Of a stretch of 64,000 nt of DNA, positions 1-12,078 are shown piece after piece. The DNA comes from Massalongia carnosa (lineage: Eukaryota), in assembly GCA_965645245.1 (NCBI GenBank), contig OZ287072.1:2294001-2358000 (forward strand), read 5' to 3'. The position numbers and the translations under genes were made by a program. The notes under the pieces are model-generated. The model was not told the DNA's origin, ran no database searches, and saw nothing but the letters and a program-made list of their open reading frames with translations. Every line of letters starts with the position of its first letter. The stretch's first letter is position 1.

Positions 1-83
1 ATTTTATCGGCACAGAGGCCTGCAGCATCAGCTGCTGCAAGCACCACCAAAGAAGCTAGAACAAAGATTGAACTGAGCTTCAT
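1..83 (-). CDS. 5' end of a probable secreted protein (runs off the window)
   Basis: ATG at 83 on the minus strand reads MKLSSIFVLASLVVLAAADAAGLCADK..., a typical signal peptide; AT-rich upstream leader. Not in the ORF track. Confidence 0.65.
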   Translation of the reverse strand, partial: MKLSSIFVLASLVVLAAADAAGLCADK

Positions 84-2468
84 CGCGACAACGCAATGGT
101 CGTTCTAAAAAATTTTATTAGACGAAATAATTTTTGAAGAGTTTTAAGGGGACAAGCAAGATCAGAGAGCTAAAAGACAAACAGATAGATATAAAAATCA
201 AGAAAGGGAAATGAAATAGCAGAGCACGTGTTGAATGATATATCTCACTATGTATGTTGATCGAGGTACATCACGATAATATTTGCCTTTTCTAGTCTGT
301 GTGTGGGTTAGATCTAACGGAAACCGAACAAACACGACACATGGAAACAAGCAGTCATTCGAAGGCCGCGCTTTCACACATGAGCTACATTAGAATCATT
401 CCGCCTGCATGCGAAGATTATGTGAGTGGCTCTTTGCCGTTCCAAGGACTATAAAACATGGAGAGGAGGAATCTAGTCACTGCTCTCTATATTCTCGATG
501 TTCGATTTGACTGCAACCTGTTAAGAAGGCGAGGATCTGATCGAATCCTGCTCGCAAAGAAATGTCTGTGTTACACGACGACGGGTACTGGAAACTTCTC
601 CGATAGGAACTCCATACCTTTTTCGACAATCCTCGTATTACCAATTAGGACTTTTCGCTGAAATTTCGGCCGTGAAGAAATCAAAGCTACGAAGATCTCC
701 GAGAACCAGAACATGACGCTTGCTCAGGAGCCTTATTTAAAAGTCTGTCACCGTTTTTTTTTTCGTTTTCTTAGTTGAGTAGTATTTTCATATCGATATA
801 GAATGTAGTCTATCATTCATTGAAGAAGACGTTAGAGACCAGTTGCGTATGACTGTAGATATTCTTCGTAATGACATCTTGCTCAATGGTTGCTGATGTC
901 AAGTCCGATTGCTTATGTAGGCGACGAGGTCATTGCTTATGAAAGAATCACCTTTGTCTAGGACGAGGAGATATGAGATGCGGTCCATCCTCCCTTGAAA
1001 TGCGGCCTTGTGCAGAGCAGTCTTCTCGCTGTCCTTGTTCCTCACGTCGACGTCGACAAGCGAGTCAAGCAAGCTCCGGATAGCCTGAACTCGAAGCCGC
1101 AATATGTAAGAGCGCCAATCCGAGACCATCTGGTCGTTCAATATCTGCACCTCTGACTTTCAACAGCTCAAATACGTCGTCATACTTAGCGGATAGAATA
1201 GCGATATGAAGCGGTGCACTCCCACCCCTCTTTGTCTTCAGAATTGTTAGTCTGGAAAAATTCGTTCCGCGCATCAATCTCGGCCTTGAGATCGAGGAGC
1301 ATTTCCGCTACTTCTGGAGGTGATTGATGCGCTGCTTCATGCAATGGTGTCCACCATTCGCTGTCCTTTGATACTCACCGATGTACCATGCTCCAGCAGC
1401 AGTTTGGTAACAGGAAAACGTCTCGTCATAGTAGCCTCTTGCAAGGGAGTCCGATTCGTCGCGTTCAAAGCATTTACGATTGTACCACCATCGAGTAACA
1501 ACTTCACAAGGCCTTCGGAACCTCTACAAGCGGCCTATTGTAATGGAGTTCTACCACTCCATGACTTCTTCGAGTACCACCTACCTACAATATTGGACTC
1601 CGCTGTAACGTCTGCACTACTTCCAGTAAGCGCCATGGCGATTGCTTAATTTCCGAATTCTATCACGAAGTGAAGCACCGGATTCCCACTATGGAGAAGT
1701 CCGTGTTGGCTTCCACTACATAGGAAAAGCAATGGAGATAGATGCAGATTTAAATGTAAAGACACGATTCGGAATCATTTTAGATAAGATTTATAAACCG
1801 AAATAATTCCAATACTTAAAGATAGCTATCTGTTTCGGGAGAAGTTAAGATTGAACACCGAGAAGTACGTACTCAAGAGACTTGGATAGCTCAACGCCTT
1901 TATCAAGAAGGAGCATCACAACTACTCTGCTTCCTCTGATCGTCGCCCGGTGAAGTGCTGTATGACCATTTAGATCCTGTGCTTCAATCTCGGCCCCATT
2001 TTCTAAAAGTAGTCGCACAATGTTCTCATGGTCATCTCCGGCTGCTTCGTGTAATGCAGTCGCTCCAAGACTGTCCCTAGCCTCGACACTTGCTCCCTTC
2101 CGAAGTAAAACGCTTGCAATGTATTCCACACCAAAACGTGCAGCAACATGTAATCTAGCTAGAACTATGTCTCTGGGGAAATATGTCGAATGTTCCTGAT
2201 ATCAGTTTTTGTAAGGGTTGAAATGCATAATCTGTACGTAGCTCGATAATTTATTTTCTTTTTCAAAGAACTTCAAATTTTCATTTTCTAGATCCTTTTC
2301 CAGGTTCCCACAAGCGTGCAGCATACGAAAACAGATGATGCTGCCTTATTTCTAAGATATCTGTATCGTCGGCTGAGCAGGAACCTGCTGCAAACTCGTC
2401 GGAGAAGAGATACATTAGGCAATTCCTGACAATATGACCCTGAGCTGTCGGGAATCGTATAAAACGTA

Positions 2469-5060
2469 ATCGTCGGCTCGCTTAGTGGGATCCGACTCGG
2501 AGGCCGTCGCCTCCTAGTCGGGGAAAGCGATTTGCATCCGGAAAGCGATTTGCATCCATTCAAACTGAAATTTTGACCATTTTTCACCTTTTACCCTCAA
2601 CCACATTGATTTATTGATTCTAAATTTCATACAAAGCTCGAAAGGCATCGTCATCATCAAAGCCGTCATTAAAATCATCGCTCTGACCCCCCTGACCCCC
2701 TTGACCACCCTGATCACCCTGATTATTCTGATCTTCCTGATACCCCGCATACCCCGCATCCCCCTCATAATTCGAAGCATCTCCCGATTCGAAACCTGGA
2801 TCGAAAGACACAAAATCATCTCGTAGCCATGCTTCTTCTTCTGGAATGTCCGGAATGTTCGAAATGTTCGAAATGTTCGAAATGCCTCCATTTCTAGCTT
2901 CAGTCTCATCTACAATAAATGTGACGTCTTCTTCAACATTGGCACGAGCAGATGCAGATGGATTCTTTCTGGCTTCTTTTTTCGCTTCCTCAGCTATCCA
3001 CACCTCATTCGTCGCTTTCCATAATGCCTCGGGGTCAGGAATCTCCTCATACATCTCAACTGAGATGGCACCGAGCCCTTTCTGCGTCTCTTTTAGTCGT
3101 TTGACTCGATCCCTTTCTGCTTTTCGAGCAGTCACCCCTTTGACATGAATCTCGTCTCTTTCCGTTCTCCACAACTTCATGAAGTTATTATTCTCCTTCT
3201 TCTTCTCAATTTCCTGATCTTTTTGTAGCTTCATGGCTATAGCTTGCTTCGCATCTTCAGCGGTTATTCCCAATCTTCCGATTTCAGGTCTCAATCTTTT
3301 ACGAGATATTCGTCTGCTGTTTAGCTGATTCGTTCTTTGCTGCTGATACATTTCAAGCTCCGCTTCTCCGAGTATAGACTTCGAAATGATCTCTTTCGTA
3401 CCAGCTATAAAAGAATCAAATTCCCCTGCTCGGGCGGGATCACTCCATTGCATAGATTCTTGAATTTTTGACCCCCATTGACGCAATCCATGTTCTATGT
3501 CGACTATATCCCTAGGTTGAATTTGACGAGGTAGAGGAAGTGAGGGCTGATCAGTCAGATCAGAATTGTTCAGACTAGAATTGTCGAGAATGAATTGTTT
3601 CAGCTGACGAATGCATGCTTCTGGGTTGACCGGCCACATTCCCGAATTTTCAAATGCATGTCGGATTGTAGAAGCTTTGAATGTCTGGTTTCTAATTTTG
3701 ATCAAATCCTGAAGAAACCGAGTCAGGGAATACTCGACAAATGACGATGCAACATTCTCCTCAATAGCCTGTTGATGCCAGTGTTTATAGGGCTGAAATA
3801 CGCCGACATCCAATGGCTGCATGCAATGATTCAAATGTGGAATTAGTGGGTAGGGACGAATGTGATTTTCATTGGCCAGAAGTACAAATTCAGGAGTAAC
3901 GTGACTGCCATGATTATCCATCAGGAGCAATTTCCAATCTGCATTAGGTCCTGCATCCGAATTTTGAATGAGATGCTTCAAATATTCAATTGCTATCTTA
4001 TCAGATGTGAAACCACTGTCGGAAGGCACAATACGCGTGCCCACCGGCAAATCCTCCGAAAACCACGTCGCCATGATTTCCTGACCGTGTATGATGATCA
4101 TGGGGGGAGGGGGATAGTCGCCAGCAGCATTGATCGTCTCAATGACCGTCGCAGATCTGCGATTCTCCGGGCTGACGGCGTAGAATTGCTTGATTTCCAT
4201 AGGAACGTAGATTTCCTGACCCTTCATGCATCCAATTCGAAAACCAGCTTCATCAAAGTTTAGAATGTTTCGTCTTCTTCTGATTTTCAATTCTCTCAAT
4301 ACCTCTTTGTAGCCATCAAACCATTTGATCACATCTGATTCTTCAGCGGCTTCAAAGCGAATCATTGGTAATGGTTTGGTCTTAATCTTGTGTAAATTGC
4401 TACGTTTCCACCAAGACCGAAACCATCGTCTTGATGGAGCTTTTAATTTATGAGCCTTTCTCAGACTTACAATTGCATTAAAAGCCATGTGATGCGTAGG
4501 TGGAATTCCATGTATCAATAAGGATTTAATGAATCCATCTAAAGCCCTAGCTTCATGCTCTTTCAGTATCTGATTTTCTCCCCCCTTTTTTTTCCCTTCT
4601 TTTTTCTGTCCTTCTTTCGGATGACGACGAACAAAAGACGTCAACGTTTTAACGTTGACATTGTAGATTTTTGACGCAGCAGATTTGCTTTCTTCGGGAT
4701 GATCAATCAGAAATTGCTTCGCTTCTTCCAATCTTTCCATGGGGCTGAGAGTGGAAACCAAGATTGAGGCATTATTTTCCATGGTACGAAGGGAGGTTGA
4801 AAACGTCTTTTCGAAAGTTGCAAATACGATAATAAAGGATCGGAAATTGAGGAGGGGGGATAATTTTGATGACAACGATGACGACGACGATGCTTTCAAG
4901 CTTTTTACGATATTAAGTAATGATTGATCAATGTGGTTGAGGGTAAAAGGTGAAAAATGGTCAAAATTTCAGTTTGAATGGATGCAAATCGCTGCAAATC
5001 GCTTTCCCCGACTAGGAGGCGACGGCCTCCGAGTCGGATCCCACTAAGCGAGCCGACGAT
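2469..5060 (-). mobile_element. pogo/Fot1-type (Tc1/mariner superfamily) DNA transposon 1
   Basis: Long TIRs of ~135-140 bp starting ATCGTCGGCTCGCTTAGTGGGATCC; TA at 2467-2468 and 5061-5062. Removing the element and one TA restores the host frame (LEIFEYI|RFIRFPTAQGHIVRNCLMYL). Confidence 0.95.
2620..4782 (-). CDS. DDE transposase (pogo/Fot1 family), open frame
   Basis: Motifs NFDEAGF, MDNHGSH, MQPLDVGVF; N-terminal HTH; acidic tail with 9-bp repeats. First ATG at 4782 (the ORF track starts at an upstream TTG). Confidence 0.92.
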   Translation of the reverse strand: MENNASILVSTLSPMERLEEAKQFLIDHPEESKSAASKIYNVNVKTLTSFVRRHPKEGQKKEGKKKGGENQILKEHEARALDGFIKSLLIHGIPPTHHMAFNAIVSLRKAHKLKAPSRRWFRSWWKRSNLHKIKTKPLPMIRFEAAEESDVIKWFDGYKEVLRELKIRRRRNILNFDEAGFRIGCMKGQEIYVPMEIKQFYAVSPENRRSATVIETINAAGDYPPPPMIIIHGQEIMATWFSEDLPVGTRIVPSDSGFTSDKIAIEYLKHLIQNSDAGPNADWKLLLMDNHGSHVTPEFVLLANENHIRPYPLIPHLNHCMQPLDVGVFQPYKHWHQQAIEENVASSFVEYSLTRFLQDLIKIRNQTFKASTIRHAFENSGMWPVNPEACIRQLKQFILDNSSLNNSDLTDQPSLPLPRQIQPRDIVDIEHGLRQWGSKIQESMQWSDPARAGEFDSFIAGTKEIISKSILGEAELEMYQQQRTNQLNSRRISRKRLRPEIGRLGITAEDAKQAIAMKLQKDQEIEKKKENNNFMKLWRTERDEIHVKGVTARKAERDRVKRLKETQKGLGAISVEMYEEIPDPEALWKATNEVWIAEEAKKEARKNPSASARANVEEDVTFIVDETEARNGGISNISNISNIPDIPEEEAWLRDDFVSFDPGFESGDASNYEGDAGYAGYQEDQNNQGDQGGQGGQGGQSDDFNDGFDDDDAFRALYEI

Positions 5061-6820
5061 TATATACTCGAAAATTTCCAGCTTACTAGAATGAACTAGC
5101 CGAACCTTACCATACTGATCGACAACCACAAACTCAGCACAAACAGATGTCAAGAGCTCTGCGTCGCGGATGTTTGTTTCGTCGACTCCATCCGAGTCTG
5201 GTTCTACGATCAATGCTTCTTGTAAATCGTTCAATGAAAGTGGTCTTACAGCAAATGATACCCATTGCAGAATATATTCTGCTAACCGCCTATCATCTTC
5301 GCGTTGGGCTTCAACCCTTTGCATGATGCTCTCGTAAGGATTATCGAGATCCTGGATTAGCGCATTTAGAGCCTTCCGAATGACTTTAAAACTCGCCTTC
5401 GATTAAAGGGAATTCATGTAAAGTCGAGCAAGAATGAACCTAGTACAAAAGTAAGAATCTAAAACTGAAGAAATATTACATATTCTGAGTATTCTCGACG
5501 ACGGTTTTCTCTATTTCTTTGCTTAATAAAGCATCTTTAATGACGAGTCGCTCCAACCGAGGGCCTTTGTTTATACGTCTTGCGACGTAGGCATTTATAT
5601 CATCATTATTCGCACCTATTATAAGCTTCGAATATCCTTCAGTCTCGCGGGCGATACTGTCGTAAAATCGAGAAGTGACTAACAATACAATCGTACTATG
5701 GATTGTATTGCTCAAATCATCTCAAGCAAGTCTATTCGCCATGACTTAGAACATTCGTCGACGACATCAACGACCATGTAAATCAGTTTATATTTGCCAA
5801 CCTCATCCTTCAATATATTTGCAACTTCTGTAAGCTTCGGACGAGTACATCGCTTTACTTGCAGAGTATCTTTCCCTTGAACGAGCTGCAATTAAAGCCC
5901 TACAAGGAGATAGACAGGAGTTTTTTTGGCTTGATATTTGTAATTGCAATGAATTGATGCCACGCCGATGTCGGAGTCGCTTTCAAACTAGGAACGTGGG
6001 TTATCGACACAATGCATCTGCTCTCAGTCAGTCCATCTGCCTTGAGAAGCAGATGATATTCAATCTTACGAGAGCATGGTCTTGCCGGCGCCAGCTATGA
6101 AGTATCTTGAATCGCTATCATCCAAGATATTGGTTTTGAAGAATGAGGGAGGACGTATGTATTCCTGGACACCAAAGCGTTTTCCTTCCACCACAAACCC
6201 AATATCTAAAAGCTGTAGATTTAAGAAACCACTGTGTAGTTTTAGGTTGTCGAAGCCCGATTATGTTGGCGTGAATAGAAAAGAAATATAGAGAGCTAAA
6301 TGATAACGTAAAGATATTTGGATGTTGTAATATTGTTCATTCAGCATGTGGCCAAACAGGGCTCATATTGGTCTCAGTCTTACTAATTTTCGTTAAAACG
6401 GATCTGACAAATTATATCTGCAATGTCTACCACATTCTCGGCTGTATCAGGAAGGACTCTCGTGTCTTTCTGGATCGCTTGGGCTAACGAGCTAGATGGG
6501 CTATTAAGTTTTTGTCCGCAATAGTACAGAGTATAAGATTCAAGTGGCAGAGCATACAGGTTATCGTTCTGCAGGGCCAGATTAAAATAACCATTCCATC
6601 TCTTGATTTCCCCTCATATATCGTTCGATGTCATCCTTCTGAAACGGCCGAACCAGCGTCTTTCCCAGGGTTTTTGGCCTCCTGCCCTTTGCATCAAAAA
6701 CTGCCCCAAGGGACCTCTTGACCCTCCCAAGGTCATCACTGATGACAGCTATGGCTTCCCAAACTCATCAGAATCCTCGTTCAACCGAATCTGCTCCTGC
6801 GTTATACGATCGCGCAACAG

Positions 6821-7212
6821 TTATCCGGCTAGGGCGAAAGGAAATGCCGGGAATGAGTGGAGGCAGGCCGTGAACAGCCGATGAAGGCCGAGGGTAAGGG
6901 GATGATGTCCAAATAGTTGAACAGAAAGGGGAGAGAGAGGGCATAAATAAGTGGGCTTCTGGCACTCCGCTTCTAATTATCACTATTGATTCGGAGTTCA
7001 GCACCAAAAGGTCTTTTCCCACCTACCCACTTATTGACTCAGCCGCATAAGTAGGAGGAGTTTCCCCCCTCGTTGCTGCCAAAACGAGGCCATTGTAGGG
7101 AGGCCCTTAGCAAAATTGAGTGGGACCCGGGCAGTAGCGAGGGGAGAGTTGTTCAACCATAGATATAAATTGTATATATATTCAGCCGAGACGATGAAGC
7201 CCGCAAATTACA
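6821..7212. mobile_element. ~390 bp insertion in the NLR pseudogene, possibly a degenerate solo LTR
   Basis: Separates two adjacent coding pieces (SGLLF | LLRDRITQEQ); starts TGTAA on the minus strand and contains a TATA-like tract; no clean TSD. Confidence 0.4.
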
Positions 7213-8262
7213 TGAATAGTAGCCCGCTTGCAATTGATCTCATCTTTGAGATTGACGCGTTCTTGTCGAGAATCCTTGACATCGTTAATACATTGGACCA
7301 ATAGATACTCCAATGGCGATTGGTTCGATCTGCACGGAAACGCCTCTTACCTGCAATCAATTGGAGGTGCTTGTAGTGTTGGAGGGGGCCCCAGGGCTTG
7401 TGTTCGTTGCAGCTGCCTGAATACCAGTGGAATCTTTATGAGTAATCTGAAATCCACACGCGCACTGACTTGTTACTAACAAGGGTCATGTTAGCTGTGC
7501 AATGATGTAAGACATCGTATAGTAGCGTTTGAGTTCTTACATCAAAGTAACTGGCAACTGACAGAACACCTATTCTATTGGCGTTCTGTGTTACACGCTC
7601 GACGCTTATGCATATGATATGTGTTCAAGTGTATCAGTGCAGGGTTTTGCCAACTGCAATCATGATTCACATGAGAACCCATTTCGAATGCAAAATGTGG
7701 CAGACCCAACCCTACCTAGCTGTCTGAGAACTTAGGCGCAGTAGTTATGCAACAGTAGAACCTCAGATTACTAAAGGATAAATGAGTCGAGCGATGAATA
7801 TAAAGAGCTCAGGAGTTAGTATACAAACTTCGCGACCTCACCACAACGGGACTAGGAAGCGAGATGTTAGTCAGATGCGAGTAAATCGTAACAGTTATGT
7901 TTTTTTTTTAAAGAAACTTGATGATGATGATTGTTGCGAATGCCAAGCCAGCTAGATCATATCTGACGTAATATGCGAATGCCCTCGCGTATTTTACTGA
8001 TATGGGAATGGTTACATCTGAGAATTTCTGGTATCTTCGATGCTTAGAAATTCAGGTCTATAGACGTTCGAGGAGAATCTCGAATGTTCTGTGATCATGT
8101 GTATATAACATCACTCCTACGCATAGCTTAGAGATCAGTCGCAATAATCTGAATTATTTCATTCATAGAAGTTCTGTACTATCCAGAGACTTCTGGCACT
8201 CTGCCACCTATTTTCTGTGCATTGGGTCCATCATTCTCCATCCATCCCTCCTATTTTAAACA

Positions 8263-8579
8263 ATGATGATGATGATGATGATGATGTATTCATACTCCGA
8301 TATGACACCGGCCGTAGGCCGGCCCATGCGGGGAAAGCTTTCTAAGTTATGTTACATGGAAAACCTTTCACATGTGTAAAAACCATGTCCCTTGATACCC
8401 GTCCGATGTGACTACGGGTCGACGTCGGGCGGGAGACGCAGTGCAAAAGACGTGTGGGAACTGTAATGCCTTGTGAAAAGAGAAGAAAGAAAGAAAGGTT
8501 CAACTATTGTTGATTTTACAATAATGTTGATGCTAGTGAGAATTGATTCAATAAGCCTGTTTTCATTAGCCAAGCAGTT
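8263..8579 (-). mobile_element. 5'-truncated copy (3' end) of the Tad1-like LINE
   Basis: Reverse complement closely matches ~21016-21316, including the (CAT)n tail. Confidence 0.93.
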
Positions 8580-8921
8580 CCTTCGCGATATTATTAGCGT
8601 TAAATAAATAAATAATCTTTAACAATAACGTAATTATTTTTTTATCAGCAACGCGAGTTGATTTTTGCAAAGTAAAAAAACAGTGTTTTATAAATTTTTA
8701 ACCTCAATATATAATAATTAAAATTAATTATCAAACTGTAAAAAGACACTGACCTCAACACATTGCGCATACTCTCTAGACCCAGAATCGTTAATGTCGA
8801 GATTTTGGATAGGGTAGGGGACCAGGTCGAAGTCCTACATCTTGCTCCTGACATAGACCTCTTAGGTACGGGATCTATGGATTATTTTGACTGAGGTCTC
8901 CCTGGACACGTAGCAAAGTTA

Positions 8922-11236
8922 ACGTAACTCACTGGGCAACGGGACTAACTAAATTTCGCTTAATTTCTACAGCCTCCCTCTCACCCGTTTTTACATATAA
9001 ATTCGGCTTCAATGTCTATTAGACGTGAAATTGATATTTTGTCTGCATGCAACTTAATCACATTTTACGTGGTTGACGTACAATACGACCCCGTCTGGTA
9101 GTTTGAACCTTCTTCACCTCCTCCACCACCTCCACCACCTCCACCTCCACCTCTACCCCCCCACTTACCTTCACCTCCTCCACCCCCTCTACCTCTTCTG
9201 TCATTGGTTGAAGCACGGGAGGAGGTAGTAATCGTCTTTGAAAAGAACAAATAGGCTTACTTTGTGAACTATCAGGTGCTTTCTGAGGACTTTTCTGAGG
9301 ACTTTTCGTCGAAGATGCAGTAGACGTTTGTCCTAGTAAATCAGGTCCAAATCGACACATTTCCCTGAAAGTTTTGATAAGGTCCTGCTCAGCTCGTTTT
9401 AGCTGAGCGGCCTTCTTTTTTTCGTCTTTCACCTTTTGTTTATCTTTGGCCCATTGCTGTCTTTGTTGAACGTCTTCGAGGCTTAGAACTCGAGCCTTTC
9501 CTCCATAGTGAGCCCCGCTACGATTGGCTCGATGATGGCGCCGTACATTGGCCTGAAGAAGCTCGTTGTTGGTGATACGTAGCAAGGTAGAGTCTGCGAA
9601 GGCATATTTAGCGCCTTTTATCAATTTATTTAGCGCTCGAACGGGAGTCGAGTCTGATTCTTCATCATTTCGAATTCGACGAATCAGTTGATTTATTTGA
9701 TCGATATTTGCAGGTGTCTTTTCAATTTCGTGAGAGTTTTGAAGGGTTGTCGGAGTGTTAGGATGAGAGGAGGTGATATTCGTGGTGGTGGTAGTAGTAG
9801 TGGTGGTGGTGGTGGTAGTGGTGGTGATGATGCTATCAGTCTTTCGCAACACCGATTGTTTATTAGTGAGTTTTTGAAGAACTGATGACGGATTGTATGG
9901 TACTAATCCGGTTGCTCTCCATGCAGTCAGCACGTTTTTTGTGTTGATTGCTTCTTTTCTTGCTTTTTGAATGATCTTCAGAAAATCCACCTTGTCCACT
10001 GAACAGACGTTAAATCGGGTGACGACCTCCAATTGTTTTTTGTACTCCCGTGATAAGGGCCCAAAAACACTCACGTCCAGAGGTTGCAACATATGGGTAG
10101 TATGTGGAGGTAGACACAAAAGAATGATTCTCTTTTCGTTGCAAAACTTGATGAATTCGGTAGAAATATGGGAAGCATGACCATCTACTATAAGAAGTCG
10201 ATATTCACCGTGTAGATATTTTGCAGTAGCAGGTTCAAAACACTTTTTCAACCAATCAAGACCTAGTTCATTGTCTGTCCATCCGTTTTCGCTGGTAGCT
10301 ATTTCAGTGTCAATGTCCTCCAGTGCATCGTACCAGGCCTTTTGCTTGTTGACTCCTTTGAAGATGACGAAAAGAGGTAAACTTCGACCGGTATTACAAA
10401 TGGACTCGATCAATGACACCCATTCTCGATTACCTGACTGTGCTGAAAAGGCTTGCTTTTCGTGCTTAGAAATTACTACTTTAGCACTAGCAGCTACCCC
10501 CATCATAAATCCCTTTTCGTCCATGTTGTAGATGTCTTCATCAAGAATTCCGTGCTTTTCTTTCATGGAGAGGAAAAGGTCAAACCAGTGCTGAAATATC
10601 TCTTCATTCTCAGCGAATAATCGTTCTTGATCTAGTGTGCGACTGTATTGAGCCTGCAGATCGGGATGACGATGTAAAAAATACTGTTGCCAATTGACTC
10701 TAAGCACAGTATGATTCCCTCTTGCTCGTAGTAATTCTATGGCCATCTGACGTAGCTGAGCTATTTTAGCAGGCCAGCCCCAGGCGTACAGTTGTAAAAC
10801 CCAGTTCTTCAAAGCGTCTTCCTCCTCGGGGGTCAGCAGTTGTTTAGTTTGATCAGACGTAAATCGTGATTGACGACCCTGAATGCAGGCATGAAGGGTA
10901 GACTTTGAAACATCATATAGAAAAGCTGCCTTCGTAATGGAAAGAGCTCCATCGGCCTGTTTCCAGGCCAAAAAGGCTGACTGTAATCGTTGTTGATAGG
11001 TGGAGGTGGGGTGAAAACATGAAGGAATGGAGGTCTTGTGGGAGGTGGTTTTTTTACCTACACCCATGATTATAAAGTTTCAAAATGATGAATATAATCT
11101 ACTGTGACGTCTGAAGCTGAATTTGTATGTAAAATGTATGTGATGAAGGCTTCATCATCTAGATGGTCAAAAAGTGATGATTTCGGAATTACTTAGTCCC
11201 GTTGCCCAGTTTGTCCCGTTGCCCAGTGAGTTACGT
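8922..11236 (-). mobile_element. pogo/Fot1-type DNA transposon 2
   Basis: TIR ACGTAACTCACTGGGCAACGGGAC at both ends; TA TSD at 8920-8921 and 11237-11238. The internal repeat CTGGGCAACGGGAC occurs twice at the right end and once at the left. Confidence 0.95.
9058..11067 (-). CDS. DDE transposase with HTH/CENP-B-like DNA-binding region, 669 aa, open
   Basis: LTPEEEDALKNW, YNMDEKGF, VDGHASH, LQPLDVSVF motifs. Confidence 0.95.
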   Translation of the reverse strand: MGVGKKTTSHKTSIPSCFHPTSTYQQRLQSAFLAWKQADGALSITKAAFLYDVSKSTLHACIQGRQSRFTSDQTKQLLTPEEEDALKNWVLQLYAWGWPAKIAQLRQMAIELLRARGNHTVLRVNWQQYFLHRHPDLQAQYSRTLDQERLFAENEEIFQHWFDLFLSMKEKHGILDEDIYNMDEKGFMMGVAASAKVVISKHEKQAFSAQSGNREWVSLIESICNTGRSLPLFVIFKGVNKQKAWYDALEDIDTEIATSENGWTDNELGLDWLKKCFEPATAKYLHGEYRLLIVDGHASHISTEFIKFCNEKRIILLCLPPHTTHMLQPLDVSVFGPLSREYKKQLEVVTRFNVCSVDKVDFLKIIQKARKEAINTKNVLTAWRATGLVPYNPSSVLQKLTNKQSVLRKTDSIITTTTTTTTTTTTTTTNITSSHPNTPTTLQNSHEIEKTPANIDQINQLIRRIRNDEESDSTPVRALNKLIKGAKYAFADSTLLRITNNELLQANVRRHHRANRSGAHYGGKARVLSLEDVQQRQQWAKDKQKVKDEKKKAAQLKRAEQDLIKTFREMCRFGPDLLGQTSTASSTKSPQKSPQKAPDSSQSKPICSFQRRLLPPPVLQPMTEEVEGVEEVKVSGGVEVEVEVVEVVEEVKKVQTTRRGRIVRQPRKM

Positions 11237-11370
11237 TACCGTCCGTTGGAAATTTTTTAAGTTTCAATGTTGGAATCTTTTATACGGGTTTTTCAAAACA
11301 TGTATTCGACCTTTCTTGCAATCTAGTAATGTGGATACTTGAGTCTGGTCGGATCTGTGATGGCTAATGC

Positions 11371-12078
11371 CTAACAAGATTCGTCGAATGAAACAGTGCC
11401 GACAATGGTCTGAACACGGTCCCAACCCTCTTCCTTTCTCACGATATCCAACAACATCATCGCGCAGTGATGGATATGTTCATACTCCACAAGCTTCTCG
11501 GTATACTTTGTGCTACCATCTCTGACAATCTGAGCAATGCTGAGGAAATTAAAGATGCAATGAGTGACATGCTCCCGTCGCTGACCAAAGACCATCAACT
11601 CGCCGTCTAAGACTTGGGCCCATTGTTCTTCCGTAATCGGTTTCATACTGTACGGATCTGGATAGTAGATCCAGGGTCCTGTTGTGTCATTGACAAACTC
11701 ATCGTTGGCATAGTGTGGGCACTCCGGGGGAAGCCAAGACCACGTCAGTTGGTCGAAAGAACATCCAAGAGTAAGTGCTTCAGCGGACGATTTCCCGCAG
11801 AGATGAGGTCTGTCATTCGTTTTGGTGACCGAGGAGATTTTTGTGATGTACCTGGGGTGCTTGTGATGTGAAAAGTGGCTTACGATCATAATGATAGCGA
11901 TGGTGCAAGTCGTGAGAACTGCAATGGCGATGATCGTGGGTACAGTCAGCCGAGTTTGCTTTGAAGGGGGTCTTTCTGCGTGATTCCCGTTAAGGAGACC
12001 CTCCGGACCAAGGTGTTCCTTAGCATCCAAGCCGTCCGTGGGGAGTGGGTTATATGATTGATTCCATCGACCCAACAT
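11371..12078 (-). CDS. Membrane-anchored twin-HxxHC protein, PhomB-like / DUF3328-related RiPP-cluster protein
   Basis: Intronless 235 aa; single N-terminal TM helix; CGKSSAEALTLGCSFDQLTWSWLPPEC motif, then HVTHC and HIHHC. The pattern resembles phomopsin-cluster protein B-like proteins (recognition from memory). Confidence 0.8.
   Translation of the reverse strand: MLGRWNQSYNPLPTDGLDAKEHLGPEGLLNGNHAERPPSKQTRLTVPTIIAIAVLTTCTIAIIMIVSHFSHHKHPRYITKISSVTKTNDRPHLCGKSSAEALTLGCSFDQLTWSWLPPECPHYANDEFVNDTTGPWIYYPDPYSMKPITEEQWAQVLDGELMVFGQRREHVTHCIFNFLSIAQIVRDGSTKYTEKLVEYEHIHHCAMMLLDIVRKEEGWDRVQTIVGTVSFDESC

Larger units (their letters stand above)
899..7330 (-). pseudogene. Degraded NLR-like gene: N-terminal helical STAND domain, NACHT NTPase, ankyrin repeats
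   Basis: Colinear fragments on the minus strand: LVQCINDVKDSRQERVNLKDEI (~7300), GPLGQF and FNLALQNDNL (~6720-6560), P-loop AGAGKTMLS (~6090), LLVTSR, ILQWVSFAVRPLSLNDLQEAL...VRLVH (5324-5100), then ankyrin repeats (GATALHEAA, GHTALHRA, KTALHKAA; 2129-899). Many stops and frameshifts; split by a pogo element and a ~390 bp insert. Confidence 0.85.
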
